Virus record (IMG/VR): IMGVR_UViG_3300028837_001401
Span: 1-61,086 of that record
Length of the DNA stretch: 61,086 bases
Origin: a virus
Lineage: Duplodnaviria; Caudoviricetes
Direction: 5' to 3' (one strand)
Shown piece after piece: positions 1 to 9,633 of the stretch; the first letter of the stretch is position 1; each line of letters starts with the position of its first letter. The position numbers and the translations under genes were made by a program. The notes under the pieces were generated by a model. It made no database searches and was not told the origin of the DNA. It saw only the letters and a list, made by a program, of their open reading frames with translations.

Positions 1-8
1 GGGGTTTT

Positions 9-29
9 CTTACTTACTTAGTAAGCAAG
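9..29. promoter_or_regulatory. 21-bp imperfect palindrome CTTACTTA-N5-TAAGCAAG, copy 1 of 4
   Basis: CTTACTTA CTTAG TAAGCAAG upstream of ORF 68..274; motif recurs at 10435, 22399 and 44532. Confidence 0.75.
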
Positions 30-67
30 CATTGAGGGATACGGTGGCTGTATTGGAGATAGAACGA

Positions 68-274
68 ATGCCTGCAACTCACTTCAGATGTCCCGATGGT
101 GGCACGATAGAGATTGACAAATGCCTTGAGGAGAACGGGTGTCGTCTCAAGTTCAGATGCGCTACCCGAAGCTATCTCAGGTTGGTCTCCCGACAGAGAC
201 CCATTACCTGGAAATGCCCTGCCTGTGGTTTTACTATTCAAACGCAAACAATTGAAGGAGAGCAAGATGCCTGA
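68..274 (+). CDS. probable N-terminal piece of a split Cas4-like/PD-(D/E)XK nuclease (Cys-rich)
   Basis: GGAG RBS then ATG at 68; MPATHFRCPDG...C...CR...RC resembles the N-terminus of phage Cas4-like exonucleases; ends with a WKCPACG knuckle. Confidence 0.55.
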   Translation: MPATHFRCPDGGTIEIDKCLEENGCRLKFRCATRSYLRLVSRQRPITWKCPACGFTIQTQTIEGEQDA

Positions 275-803
275 GATCGGAGAGATAAGAGGTTCAAAGG
301 AATTGCGCAAAAAACACAGAGGGCATTATATCTACCTCGCCTGCCCCTGGTGCGGTGATTGCCGGTGGATCAGGACGGATGAATACAAACGGAAAGGGAT
401 TTTTCCATGTGCCAAATGCCGTGCCCGGTTCGTTGCAGAGATGAATAAAGGCAAGAAAAGAAGTGAGGCGGTGAGGCGCATACTCGGTGATCAGAAACGC
501 GGTGACAAGAATCCTGGATGGAAAGGAGGGCGATTCAAGGTTGCTGGAGGATATATAGAAACACACCTTTACAAAACAGACCCTTTCTATCGTATGGCAC
601 ACACAAATGGGCGAGTTAAAGAACATCGTTTGATTATGGCAAGGTCTCTGGGAAGACCGCTTACAGAAGATGAGACAGTGCACCATATAAATGGGCAAGT
701 TGATGATAATAGGATAGAAAATCTGCATCTGTTTTCTTCGCACGGAGAGCATTCTAGCTACCACAACAATTTGAGGTATGGGAATGAAGTGCCCGAACTG
801 TAA
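267..803 (+). CDS. HNH homing endonuclease with Zn-finger and NUMOD3-like motif
   Basis: AAGGAG RBS before ATG 267; CPWC/CAKC, NPGWKGG, EHRLIM...VHHING...DNRIENL HNH motif. Confidence 0.85.
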   Translation: MPEIGEIRGSKELRKKHRGHYIYLACPWCGDCRWIRTDEYKRKGIFPCAKCRARFVAEMNKGKKRSEAVRRILGDQKRGDKNPGWKGGRFKVAGGYIETHLYKTDPFYRMAHTNGRVKEHRLIMARSLGRPLTEDETVHHINGQVDDNRIENLHLFSSHGEHSSYHNNLRYGNEVPEL

Positions 804-2751
804 CATAAACATGAGACCCGTTTTCAGTACTACCCAATTATTGAACGGCACAATGTACTCCTACCTGAAAATCACCAAAAATTATCCCATATCGCCCGAC
901 GCACGGGCGTTCATGATACACGGCACGAAGGGGCACAATCTACTCGAAGTATTTGAGGATGAGTATTCTCTGGTAGAGGAGAAACTGGAGCACCAAGGTG
1001 TCACGGGGATCATGGATGTTCTGGAAGTCGAGGGCGGCAAGAACACACTGGTGGACACGAAGACCTCCGGGTCGTATGTGGTAGCCAAGGCGCTGGGGAT
1101 CTATTACGACAGGGAAGAGACAGGCGAGGTCTACAAGTCGGGGAAGAAAAAGGGCCAGCCCAAGACACGGAAGATCATGAGACAGAGTGGCGAGAGGATC
1201 GACAAGTGGTCTTGGGAGATGCAGTTAAACAAATACAGGATGGGGCTAGAGGAGACAGGCTTTCGGATAGATGAAATGCGGATCATGTGTGTGGTGAGGG
1301 ACGGCGGCACTCATATTGCCAAAAGCCGCGGGATATTCAGGAACATATACTATATTCCCATCGAGCGGCTTGATGACGATGTTGTGAACGTGTACTACAA
1401 GCAAAAGGCAGAGGATTTGGCGAAAGCTCTGGAGCAGGGATACTGGGATATTCCCTGCACAAACAGAGAGAACTGGGACGGGGTCAGGTGCACACGCTTC
1501 TGTGAAGTGGCACACCACTGTCCCATCGGCAAATATCTCATGGAAAAGAAACAGGAGGACATAAAGATGCCGATCAAAGGTTTGACAGAGACGGTGCAGT
1601 TACCCATTCTGGGTAATGTGAGGCTGGGCGAGAAACAAACAAATGAGGAGGGAAAAGAATACCCTGTTGAGCTTGATTATTTCAAGTTAGACCCCGCGAC
1701 GCCAATAGAGGAGGAACGGGATCGACTGATTGCACAGTTTACCGAAGAATACGGGCCGGAGCCGAAGAGGATCGATATTCTGCTCCTGTCAGACGAAGAT
1801 GAGATCACCTTCCCGCAGCATTATATGAGGTTTCTGAAACGTGCGCTGCGGTGTAAAGGTGACGGAGAAGCAGCCGAGTGTCCCTCGAAAGGCGATGCGA
1901 AGGGTCTGGAAATCATCGAAGAGGATGGGTCAGGGTTCAAGGTCAAATGTTTGGGTGATGGCAGTCAGAATGCGGATAGGAAACAGTGTCCTTATTATCA
2001 GAAAAACAAGTGCTCGAAGATAGCGACTCTGAGTTTCGTTATCAGGGGCATTGAGGAGGCTGGCATCTGGAGGATGACTACAACATCGGTGAGCAGCATC
2101 AGAAAGATCAATTCCGGGATGCTGCTCACTCGAATGCACGGCGGTCGGGTCAACATGATACCTCTCTATTTGGAAAGACGACCGCAGCAGATGGTGCACG
2201 ATGGGGTGACACGGACACACTATATTGTCCACCTGATGCCTGCTGTGTCACCCCACAAGATTCAATATTATGGAAGTCTCGAAGCAAACCAGGTGCTTCT
2301 GCAACTTCCTGGGGTGTCAGAAGACAGGGAGGTGCCCGTCTTTCAGGAGACGCCTGACCTGAATGCTGGTGTGATAGACGCTGAATTTGAGGGGGTGGAT
2401 TCGGAAAAAGAGGAAAAGACGGAAACAGAGAAAACGGATGGTGGGAAAGAGCCTGAATCAGCGGAGGAGACTCCGCCACCCGAAAAGGGAGAGACAAGCG
2501 GAGGTGAAAAAGGAAATGCGGTGACTGTGGAGAAGCTTGCCGATGAACTCGCAGGGAAGATTATGGGGTCAAAAGTCGTGAAGGAGAGCGATATGAAAAT
2601 AGTCTCTCTCTCCAGTGCTGATGTGATTGAGTTCGGCAAGTCGATGTATAAGCACGAGGCAATGATGTTGTATAACTTCAAAAAAGCGAACGAGAGTGAC
2701 AAAGGATTCAAAGAGTTGCTTAATGCTTTTTTGACATTTATGAATGACTGA
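784..2751 (+). CDS. Cas4-like PD-(D/E)XK nuclease fused in frame to a Gp3-like/recombination-directionality-factor-type domain
   Basis: HGTKGH, GIMD...LVDTKTS, QLNKY and C-terminal CTRFCEVAHHC; from ATG 1567 (own GGAGG RBS) MPIKGL...LGNVRLGEK...YPVELDYF. Confidence 0.7.
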   Translation: MKCPNCNINMRPVFSTTQLLNGTMYSYLKITKNYPISPDARAFMIHGTKGHNLLEVFEDEYSLVEEKLEHQGVTGIMDVLEVEGGKNTLVDTKTSGSYVVAKALGIYYDREETGEVYKSGKKKGQPKTRKIMRQSGERIDKWSWEMQLNKYRMGLEETGFRIDEMRIMCVVRDGGTHIAKSRGIFRNIYYIPIERLDDDVVNVYYKQKAEDLAKALEQGYWDIPCTNRENWDGVRCTRFCEVAHHCPIGKYLMEKKQEDIKMPIKGLTETVQLPILGNVRLGEKQTNEEGKEYPVELDYFKLDPATPIEEERDRLIAQFTEEYGPEPKRIDILLLSDEDEITFPQHYMRFLKRALRCKGDGEAAECPSKGDAKGLEIIEEDGSGFKVKCLGDGSQNADRKQCPYYQKNKCSKIATLSFVIRGIEEAGIWRMTTTSVSSIRKINSGMLLTRMHGGRVNMIPLYLERRPQQMVHDGVTRTHYIVHLMPAVSPHKIQYYGSLEANQVLLQLPGVSEDREVPVFQETPDLNAGVIDAEFEGVDSEKEEKTETEKTDGGKEPESAEETPPPEKGETSGGEKGNAVTVEKLADELAGKIMGSKVVKESDMKIVSLSSADVIEFGKSMYKHEAMMLYNFKKANESDKGFKELLNAFLTFMND

Positions 2752-2993
2752 AAGACAGGTTTTTCCTCTTTGTGGGTGGTTAGGGATCTTCCACCCACGC
2801 CTCCTGTGGGGTGGTGATGGAGTCTTGACGTGGCTGTCTGGACAGCAGCGTGAGTCGAAAGGATACAGGAGAGCCTGTGATCCTTAGTCATGAATGAGAA
2901 TATTATATTATTTCAATCTTTATTTGGGTTGGCCGCTCCGCGAAGGGGCGGACAACCTCAGACATGAGCCCAAAACAAGGGGTGGTGTTAGAA

Positions 2994-3128
2994 ATGTTTG
3001 ACGAGAAACTTGATGATATTCTGGAATGTCTGATGTCAGAAGACGACATTCTTGTGCTAGAAGTAGCGACAAAGAGAATCAGATTCACGAATTGCTGCAC
3101 ATACAACTATGCCTGTTATGGTGGATGA
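2994..3128 (+). CDS. small hypothetical protein (44 aa; acidic N-terminus, Cys/Tyr-rich C-terminus)
   Basis: own translation MFDEKLDDILECLMSEDDILVLEVATKRIRFTNCCTYNYACYGG; purine-rich RBS. Confidence 0.4.
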   Translation: MFDEKLDDILECLMSEDDILVLEVATKRIRFTNCCTYNYACYGG

Positions 3129-3215
3129 GCCATAGCAGAGTAGAGTTATTACAGCAAGGGTGAGTTTCAAAATGCTGTCTCCTGTTGACGCAGGAGACAG
3201 CATAAAAGAGATCAG

Positions 3216-3674
3216 ATGGAAGTTTTCTCAGTGGTGTTGAAAAGAAAAGGGAAGCCCTGGAAGCGTAAGGAGCAAGCAAAGGCAGGGCACTGGTATATGC
3301 CGAATGATCTCCGGAGATACTATGAGGAGATATACACGGAGTTACTGATGGCTGACATTCCTGTCTTGCCGGGGGATCACGAGTTCCAGATACACCTCAC
3401 GTTTACATTCACCGACTACAGGTGGAGGGATACAGACAATCTTTTGAAGGGCACCCTGGATGCAGGACAGCCAAGGAAATGGTCAAAGTGGTCAAAAGAT
3501 AAGAACTTCCGACTGATGCCAAATTTGTGGGATGACAAAGTATTCAACGGTGTGCAAGCACTCAGGATAAGGGGTGCGGATGAAGATAAGATAAGGATGA
3601 ACATTCACACCTCTGAGGATGTGGGAAAATTGAGGATGGCAAGGGAACTGATAGGAGTTCAACGATGGACATAA
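3216..3674 (+). CDS. RusA-like Holliday junction resolvase
   Basis: RDTDNLLKGTLDA and WDDK acidic motifs typical of RusA. Confidence 0.75.
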   Translation: MEVFSVVLKRKGKPWKRKEQAKAGHWYMPNDLRRYYEEIYTELLMADIPVLPGDHEFQIHLTFTFTDYRWRDTDNLLKGTLDAGQPRKWSKWSKDKNFRLMPNLWDDKVFNGVQALRIRGADEDKIRMNIHTSEDVGKLRMARELIGVQRWT

Positions 3675-4756
3675 TATTCGATAGAGATGAATTGAGCAAG
3701 GGTGTTCAAACAATAGCGGCAGCGGCAGCAAAGAGCAACACGCTACCAATACTTTCACACATCAGAATAAAAGCAGATGAGGAAAAGGGAATAGAGTTCG
3801 CCGCCACGGATCTTGAAGTGGGAATGCGGATGAATGTGGAGGGTGAAGTCAAGTCTTCTGGTGTGAGGACACTACCTGCTAAGAAGTTTGCCGACATAGT
3901 AAGGGCACTCTCAGGGGAAACTGTGGAACTGAAAAGTGGAGAGAGTGGCGAGCAGGTGAATATTGTATCAGGAAAAGCCAAATTTCGGTTACACAGTCTT
4001 GATGGTGATGAGTTTCCTAACCTGCCTGCTCCTGGAGGTAAGTCTGCCAGCATATCTGTGGAAGGTCTCAAGGATATGTTCAGGAAGACGGCCTTCGCTG
4101 TATCAGACGATGGGACAAGGCACTTCATCTCTGGTGTGTATTTTAGCGCAAAGGGAGCGAACTCGATGGCCGCCACTGACGGGAAACGATTGGCTCTTGT
4201 ATATTCAGGCATGGTGATTGAGAATGAGTTCGATGCCATCATTCCCACCCGGGCTATTGAGGTATTCAGCAAGACGTTTTCTGATGGTGATGTCACAGTG
4301 TCAGAGAAAGACAATCAGATGATCTTTGCTTCTGACACAGTTGTATTGACAACCAGACTGATCGAGGGGGAGTATCCTGACTATGAGGCGGTGATCAAGC
4401 CGGCAAGAGATAACGACATCGAGATGACAGTCGAGAGGGATGATCTGATGAAAGCTCTCAGAAGGGTGTCGCTGGTTGCGAATCCGAAAGCGGGGATGAG
4501 ACTGGAACTGAAGGAGGGTGAGCTTAAGGTGTCTGCATCGACCATTGATGTTGGGGAGGCGCAGGATACGGTGGAGGTGGAGTTCCAGGGTGAGCCGTTC
4601 GAGATAACGCTCAGTTATTGGTTCATAACGGACTTCCTGGGGGTTGTGGAGACAGGAAAGCTGGTTTTCAAGTTCAAGGATGCACTATCTCCAGTATGGG
4701 TGCAGCCCGAAGGGGAGACGTGCTATGAATATGTGATGATGCCCATGAGGTTGTAA
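3665..4756 (+). CDS. dnaN: DNA polymerase III beta sliding clamp
   Basis: 363 aa; LPILSHI, ATDLEV, ATDGKRLA, RLIEGEYPDY, C-terminal VMMPMRL. Confidence 0.95.
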   Translation: MDIIFDRDELSKGVQTIAAAAAKSNTLPILSHIRIKADEEKGIEFAATDLEVGMRMNVEGEVKSSGVRTLPAKKFADIVRALSGETVELKSGESGEQVNIVSGKAKFRLHSLDGDEFPNLPAPGGKSASISVEGLKDMFRKTAFAVSDDGTRHFISGVYFSAKGANSMAATDGKRLALVYSGMVIENEFDAIIPTRAIEVFSKTFSDGDVTVSEKDNQMIFASDTVVLTTRLIEGEYPDYEAVIKPARDNDIEMTVERDDLMKALRRVSLVANPKAGMRLELKEGELKVSASTIDVGEAQDTVEVEFQGEPFEITLSYWFITDFLGVVETGKLVFKFKDALSPVWVQPEGETCYEYVMMPMRL

Positions 4757-4758
4757 AG

Positions 4759-5025
4759 ATGGAAAAATTCAACAACCCTGAATCGAGAATAAGCATTGAA
4801 TACATAAGACACACACTGCCCGGGAAAGACTTCCCCGATCCGGGTGATCCTGTTGATGTGGAGGTGTATCTTGATCTGAGGAAAGAGGATGTGCATATTA
4901 GAAGGCTCAGGGAATACGATGAGCTTGAGATCCAAGCAGGAGGGGTCTGGAATATTCGCATCAGTAAGGAACTTGCATCGCTGATCGAGAGGATAGAAAC
5001 ACTAGGAGCGGATGAGGTGTACTGA
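4759..5025 (+). CDS. hypothetical protein
   Basis: ORF tightly packed between dnaN and the initiator gene. Confidence 0.6.
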   Translation: MEKFNNPESRISIEYIRHTLPGKDFPDPGDPVDVEVYLDLRKEDVHIRRLREYDELEIQAGGVWNIRISKELASLIERIETLGADEVY

Positions 5026-5996
5026 TGCTAGACCCAGGAAAAAAGTCTGATATTCAAATAGAGGATGGAAACTGGTTTAAGCTGCACTCAGAGATCAAAG
5101 AGGCGCTTTCGATGTTCAAGTTTACAGCGTCGGAGCATAGACTCCTGGGTCTAGTTTTACGGCTCTCGTATGGATTCAGAAAGAAGTCAGCCAGCTTCGG
5201 AACGTGGGCTCTTGCCTATAAGGCAACGGGTATCAAACGACAGAACTTCATCAAGACACTTGTGGGTCTCGTGTGCAAAAGAGTTCTGGTGGTGAGATGG
5301 CAGGAGAAAGTCGTAGCGTTCAATAAGAAATACGAGCAATGGAGGGTTGAGTTCGTGGGCGACACAGAATCTCTCAGGGCACTGATCGGAAAGAATGCTG
5401 TGGAGAATGTTGAAATGTCAGAAGAACTGGAAAAACTGAGGTCAGCCCAGACAGATCAGGATGTGGAAAAACTACTCCCGGAGGGCCATGATTTGAGCAA
5501 CTGTGATGTCATCTCTATATTACACAAATGTAATGCACAGATGACAGATTGTAATGCACAGATGTCACGGTTGTCATATACAGATGACACAGTTGTCATA
5601 CCCACATTACATGAAAACGGTGCAAACACTGATGAACAAAGGGCTGAGGTATCGCCTACAGATAATACAGATAATACAGAATTATATAATACAGATCAGG
5701 AAAAATCTGACGATTTTTCTGATGATTTTTCTCCTGTTTCGACTCCACAAAATCACATTCTCTTGATGGGAGAAGTCGAGACGAGATGGAACGGAAAGAT
5801 CAAAATATCCCAGCAGCAGGCAATGAATCTTCTCAGAGGCCGTCAAGCGCAGGACATCGAGTTCTGGTGTCATGTAATCCGGAACATGCCTGAATACGAG
5901 AAGCTGGCAATCAAAAGCGCAAATGCGATAAACGGATATGGGCAACGGATGTGGAAGCAATACAAGAAAGATTATAACATACAAGAATTTTTCTAG
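5025..5996 (+). CDS. phage replication initiator, lambda O-like N-terminal domain
   Basis: RLLGLVLRLSYGFRKK...ATGIKRQN...FNKKYEQW; internal direct repeats. Confidence 0.75.
   Translation: MLDPGKKSDIQIEDGNWFKLHSEIKEALSMFKFTASEHRLLGLVLRLSYGFRKKSASFGTWALAYKATGIKRQNFIKTLVGLVCKRVLVVRWQEKVVAFNKKYEQWRVEFVGDTESLRALIGKNAVENVEMSEELEKLRSAQTDQDVEKLLPEGHDLSNCDVISILHKCNAQMTDCNAQMSRLSYTDDTVVIPTLHENGANTDEQRAEVSPTDNTDNTELYNTDQEKSDDFSDDFSPVSTPQNHILLMGEVETRWNGKIKISQQQAMNLLRGRQAQDIEFWCHVIRNMPEYEKLAIKSANAINGYGQRMWKQYKKDYNIQEFF
5529..5731. repeat. iteron-like direct repeats inside the initiator gene (probable replication origin)
   Basis: TGTAATGCACAGATG at 5529 and 5550; TACAGATAA tandem at 5657-5697; TCTGAYGATTTT x2 from 5706; shared ACAGAT core. 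Confidence 0.65.
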
Positions 5997-6024
5997 CAGG
6001 CTATGGGAGAAGAAAAGGACAGTT

Positions 6025-6399
6025 ATGAATAAGGACAACGAAGAACTGGAGTCGATGATTGAGATACAGACGAAAAAAGCCATGCCTTACTTAGAGAAAG
6101 CCTTTGGGATTCTGAATGATTTGCTGATGAAGGAAACGACGTGCACGTTTCTTCTTTTCTGGGGTTGCGTAACAGCAAAGCACGAGTCGATGTATTATAA
6201 GCTGCGTGACGCTATGGTTGAGTCTGGTGGTGTGTCTCCCACGGACTTCGACCTATTGAAAGAATTCTTCTTTTCGGTGGCACAGGGGATCACGGATAAA
6301 AATGGTAAAGGAGAGTGGCAGAAGAAGACAATTGAGCCACCCATCGAACTGGATGAATTACTGAGGCGGATGAGTGACGATGACATGGAGGAGATATAA
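6025..6399 (+). CDS. hypothetical protein
   Basis: AAGGA RBS; stop overlaps the primase-helicase start. Confidence 0.6.
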   Translation: MNKDNEELESMIEIQTKKAMPYLEKAFGILNDLLMKETTCTFLLFWGCVTAKHESMYYKLRDAMVESGGVSPTDFDLLKEFFFSVAQGITDKNGKGEWQKKTIEPPIELDELLRRMSDDDMEEI

Positions 6400-8249
6400 T
6401 GTTATTCCCGGACTTTTTGTATGTAGAGATCGTAACCGACTCGATCCAGAACCGAAACAAAGTTGTGAAGTTGAGTGATGTGAATGCAGCAGTAAGCGGC
6501 TCATCAGGGAGTGAGTGCTACAGGAGTTTCTATCGTTTCAAAAAAGATTTCCCTGCCTATGTGAGAGAGAAAAAGAGTGTGTCGGGATATAGTGGCGAGG
6601 CATACACCGACTACGTATGGTTTGACATAGATCGTGCGGATCTGAACGAGGCGCTGGAAGCTGCCCGGCATTTCGTGAATAGAGTGGTGATGGAGTATGA
6701 TGTCGATCCAGATAGTCTCCGTCTGTATTTCTCAGGGGCGAAGGGCTTCCATGTAGGTGTCAATGCACAGCTCTTCGGACTCACCCCATCGAGGGATCTT
6801 CCGACGCGGTGTAAGGCTATCGCCAAGTTGATGGCTGGCGATATGGAGATCGACCTGGCGGTGTACGACAAGACGAGGATCTTCAGGCTGAGCGGGACGG
6901 TGAATGCAAAGACAGGATTATACAAGATACCCCTCACGTTTGAGGAGCTGATGACCCTGGGAATGAATGATATAAAGATAATGGCAGGGTCTCCCAGGGA
7001 GGTCGAGTATGTGGACAGCAGTGAGGACATAGAGACAGGGCGACTGGCGTTTCTGGACAAAGAGAAGGAAAAGCCGCCGAAGCCCCAGAGGATCGAGAAT
7101 GAGCCACAGATCAGGAAGCAGGCACTCCACGGGACAAAGATATGCCTGCACAGGATAATGAGCGGGGTCGATGAGGGACTGAGGGATGAATGTGCCATCA
7201 GGTTGGCCGCCGACTATCATAAGAAGGGAACTCCCCCAGAGGTTGCAACAGTGATGCTCCGGGCGTGGAATGAACTGAACCGCCCCCCGCTCGATGATTC
7301 AGTGATAATGACAAAGATTCTCAGTGCGTATGGCTCGACGGTGTATGATTTCGGTTGTAATGATTCTATACTCCAGAAGTTCTGCCATGAGGACTGTTTT
7401 TTATTCGAGAAGCAGGGAGAACATGATAGCATTAAAGTCTACACACCTGCCGACCTGATCCAAATATACAAAGAATACGTGAGGCATATATCAACACGCA
7501 AGATCGAATTGACAATGATGCCGAACATTGCCAAAAAGGTCAGGGGTCTCCGTCCGGGTGAGGTGGCGGTGATAATGGCACGCCCGGCGGTGGGCAAGTC
7601 TCTTGTGGCACAGAGCATTATTCACGATATATGCCACAAGCAAAAGATATGGACGATTTTCTTCTCTCTGGAGATGCCAAAAGAGCAGGTCTATGAGCGC
7701 GGTGCATCAATTGAGATGGGTGAATCCACAGAAACTATCGAGAAGTTATACCTTGAGGACAAAACCGGTCGGGTTGACAGCAAAATGGAGGATCTGAAAG
7801 GTCTGTATATTGTTGAGAAATCCAACCTATCGCTGGGCGAGATACAGTCGATAGTTTCGACAGTCGGTGAGGTGGGGTTCATAGTCATCGACTATATGAG
7901 TCTCGTGCGAGCGCCCGGGGGCAACCTCTATGAAAGAACGTCTTATGTGGCACGACACCTGAAGGAGCTGGCGAAGGAGACAGGAGCAGCGGTTCTGATG
8001 ATCTCTCAGGTGTCGAGAGAAGGTGGAGACGGCACGGAGGAGATCACCTTGAGCATGGGTCGTGACTCTGGTGGTATTGAGGAGGGAGCGGACGTCCAGA
8101 TCGGCATGTGGCGTGATCCGGAGGATCTGAAAGTCATCGTTTGCCGTCTCCTGAAAGGTCGCAGGGGCGGTGCGGGAACGACGGACTGGATGACTTTTGC
8201 GGGTGAGTCGGTGAAGATCGTTCCGGCGGAGACCCGTTTGGAGGAATAG
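6399..8249 (+). CDS. primase-polymerase (AEP) / PriCT / DnaB-like helicase fusion
   Basis: WFDID, YFSGAKGFH, RIFRL primase motifs; Walker A ARPAVGKS, FFSLEM, IVIDY, SQVSR, SGGIEEGAD. Confidence 0.9.
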   Translation: MLFPDFLYVEIVTDSIQNRNKVVKLSDVNAAVSGSSGSECYRSFYRFKKDFPAYVREKKSVSGYSGEAYTDYVWFDIDRADLNEALEAARHFVNRVVMEYDVDPDSLRLYFSGAKGFHVGVNAQLFGLTPSRDLPTRCKAIAKLMAGDMEIDLAVYDKTRIFRLSGTVNAKTGLYKIPLTFEELMTLGMNDIKIMAGSPREVEYVDSSEDIETGRLAFLDKEKEKPPKPQRIENEPQIRKQALHGTKICLHRIMSGVDEGLRDECAIRLAADYHKKGTPPEVATVMLRAWNELNRPPLDDSVIMTKILSAYGSTVYDFGCNDSILQKFCHEDCFLFEKQGEHDSIKVYTPADLIQIYKEYVRHISTRKIELTMMPNIAKKVRGLRPGEVAVIMARPAVGKSLVAQSIIHDICHKQKIWTIFFSLEMPKEQVYERGASIEMGESTETIEKLYLEDKTGRVDSKMEDLKGLYIVEKSNLSLGEIQSIVSTVGEVGFIVIDYMSLVRAPGGNLYERTSYVARHLKELAKETGAAVLMISQVSREGGDGTEEITLSMGRDSGGIEEGADVQIGMWRDPEDLKVIVCRLLKGRRGGAGTTDWMTFAGESVKIVPAETRLEE

Positions 8250-8250
8250 A

Positions 8251-9633
8251 ATGAATTATCAAATAATGCCCGAATTGAGCGAAGAGGAATACCAGGCTTT
8301 GAAGGAGAATATCAGACAAAATGGCGTAGAGGTCGCTCTGATATATGATGAGGCGGGCAATTTGCTTGACGGTTATCATCGACTGAGAGCGTGTCAGGAG
8401 CTTGGTATTGAGGATTTCCCAAAGGAAATAAAGGAGGGATTGAAAACAGATAATGATAGACATGCCTTTGCACGTCGGATCAATATGCTTCGGAGGCATC
8501 TGAACCAGGCGCAAAAACGAGAGCTTATAAAGGAACAGTTGAAAGAAACGCCGGAGATAAGCGACAACCAGATAGCCGGGATGTTGGGGGTATCTCAGCC
8601 CACTGTTGGTGCTGTAAGAAAGGAAATGGAGGGGGCTGGTGAACTTATAAAATTTATAAGTTCAATTGGTGCAGATGGAAAAGTTCGTAAACGCAGGAAG
8701 TCAAAGCCAAAGGAGAAGGCAAAAGAGCAAGAAGTTGAATCTGCTATAGAATCAAAAGAGGACGGAGGAGATGATATTGGGGAAGAGGAAAAAGATGAGC
8801 CGGAACTATATAGGAATCTTCCTCCCGAAAAGCCAAAGATTTCTGGAAAAGCGACATTTAATGCCACAACAGACAAAATCGAATGGGCAAAATGGACATG
8901 GAATCCTGTGACTGGGTGTCTGCATGGATGTGAATATTGCTATGCACGGGACATTGCAAACAGATTCTATGATGAGGGATTCAAACCGACCTGGCATCCT
9001 GATAGATTGGTTGCTCCGCATAACACGAAGATCCCAGAGGCAAGGAAAAACGAATCCGGGATAAAGAATGTGTTTGTGTGTTCTATGGCGGATCTGTTTG
9101 GTGACTGGGTGAAACAGGAGCATATAGAGAGGATTCTGGAAGTCGTGAGGGATACACCGAATTGGAATTATATTTTCCTTACCAAGAATCCCTCACGACT
9201 GATAGATTTTGACTGGCCCGTAAACACGTGGGTGGGTGCAACGGTGGATATAAAGGAGCGTTTAGAGCCGACTTTGACAGTGTTCCGCGATATGGAATAT
9301 AAGGAAATAGCGACCGAATGGAGGAAACCCACGACGTTTATTTCGTTTGAACCGCTATTAGAGTCGATGGATTTCGCGGTGTTGAATAAGGAATTGAGCA
9401 GCTATGATTATCATGGCGGATCTGAGGAGTTGGCATTCTTATCATGGGTCGATTGGGTGATAATAGGAGGTAGGAGTAGAAGTTCACAATGCTCAGCTTT
9501 TCAACCCGAATGGCTGTGGGTGGAAGAGATATTATGGGAGGCGAGAAAGGCCAAAGCGCGTATTTATTTTAAGCCAAATTTGACAGTAGTTCCAAAAGAA
9601 TATCCAGACATTGGAGGTAATATTGATGAGTAA
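8251..9633 (+). CDS. ParB-like N-terminal domain fused to DUF5131 (Gp37/Gp68-like, three-Cys motif) domain
   Basis: LLDGYHRLRAC, RRHLN; IEWAKWTWNPVTGCLHGCEYCYA, VFVCSMADLF, LTKNP, SFEPLL. Confidence 0.88.
   Translation: MNYQIMPELSEEEYQALKENIRQNGVEVALIYDEAGNLLDGYHRLRACQELGIEDFPKEIKEGLKTDNDRHAFARRINMLRRHLNQAQKRELIKEQLKETPEISDNQIAGMLGVSQPTVGAVRKEMEGAGELIKFISSIGADGKVRKRRKSKPKEKAKEQEVESAIESKEDGGDDIGEEEKDEPELYRNLPPEKPKISGKATFNATTDKIEWAKWTWNPVTGCLHGCEYCYARDIANRFYDEGFKPTWHPDRLVAPHNTKIPEARKNESGIKNVFVCSMADLFGDWVKQEHIERILEVVRDTPNWNYIFLTKNPSRLIDFDWPVNTWVGATVDIKERLEPTLTVFRDMEYKEIATEWRKPTTFISFEPLLESMDFAVLNKELSSYDYHGGSEELAFLSWVDWVIIGGRSRSSQCSAFQPEWLWVEEILWEARKAKARIYFKPNLTVVPKEYPDIGGNIDE

Noticed and set aside
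200-860. Group I intron or ribosomal bypass around the HNH gene
   Set aside because: The HNH ORF overlaps both flanking ORFs, leaving no ribozyme sequence; the downstream ORF has its own RBS; no in-frame matching landing codon seen
784-1566. Cas4 as evidence of a CRISPR-Cas system
   Set aside because: No other cas genes or arrays; solo Cas4-like nucleases are common in phage recombination modules
2810-2890. Hammerhead ribozyme (GAAA followed by a stem)
   Set aside because: The required CUGANGA core is absent
2994-3128. RiPP precursor peptide for the radical SAM enzymes
   Set aside because: More than 16 kb from any radical SAM gene, no RRE, peptidase or transporter nearby; the radical SAM genes sit in sugar-pathway context
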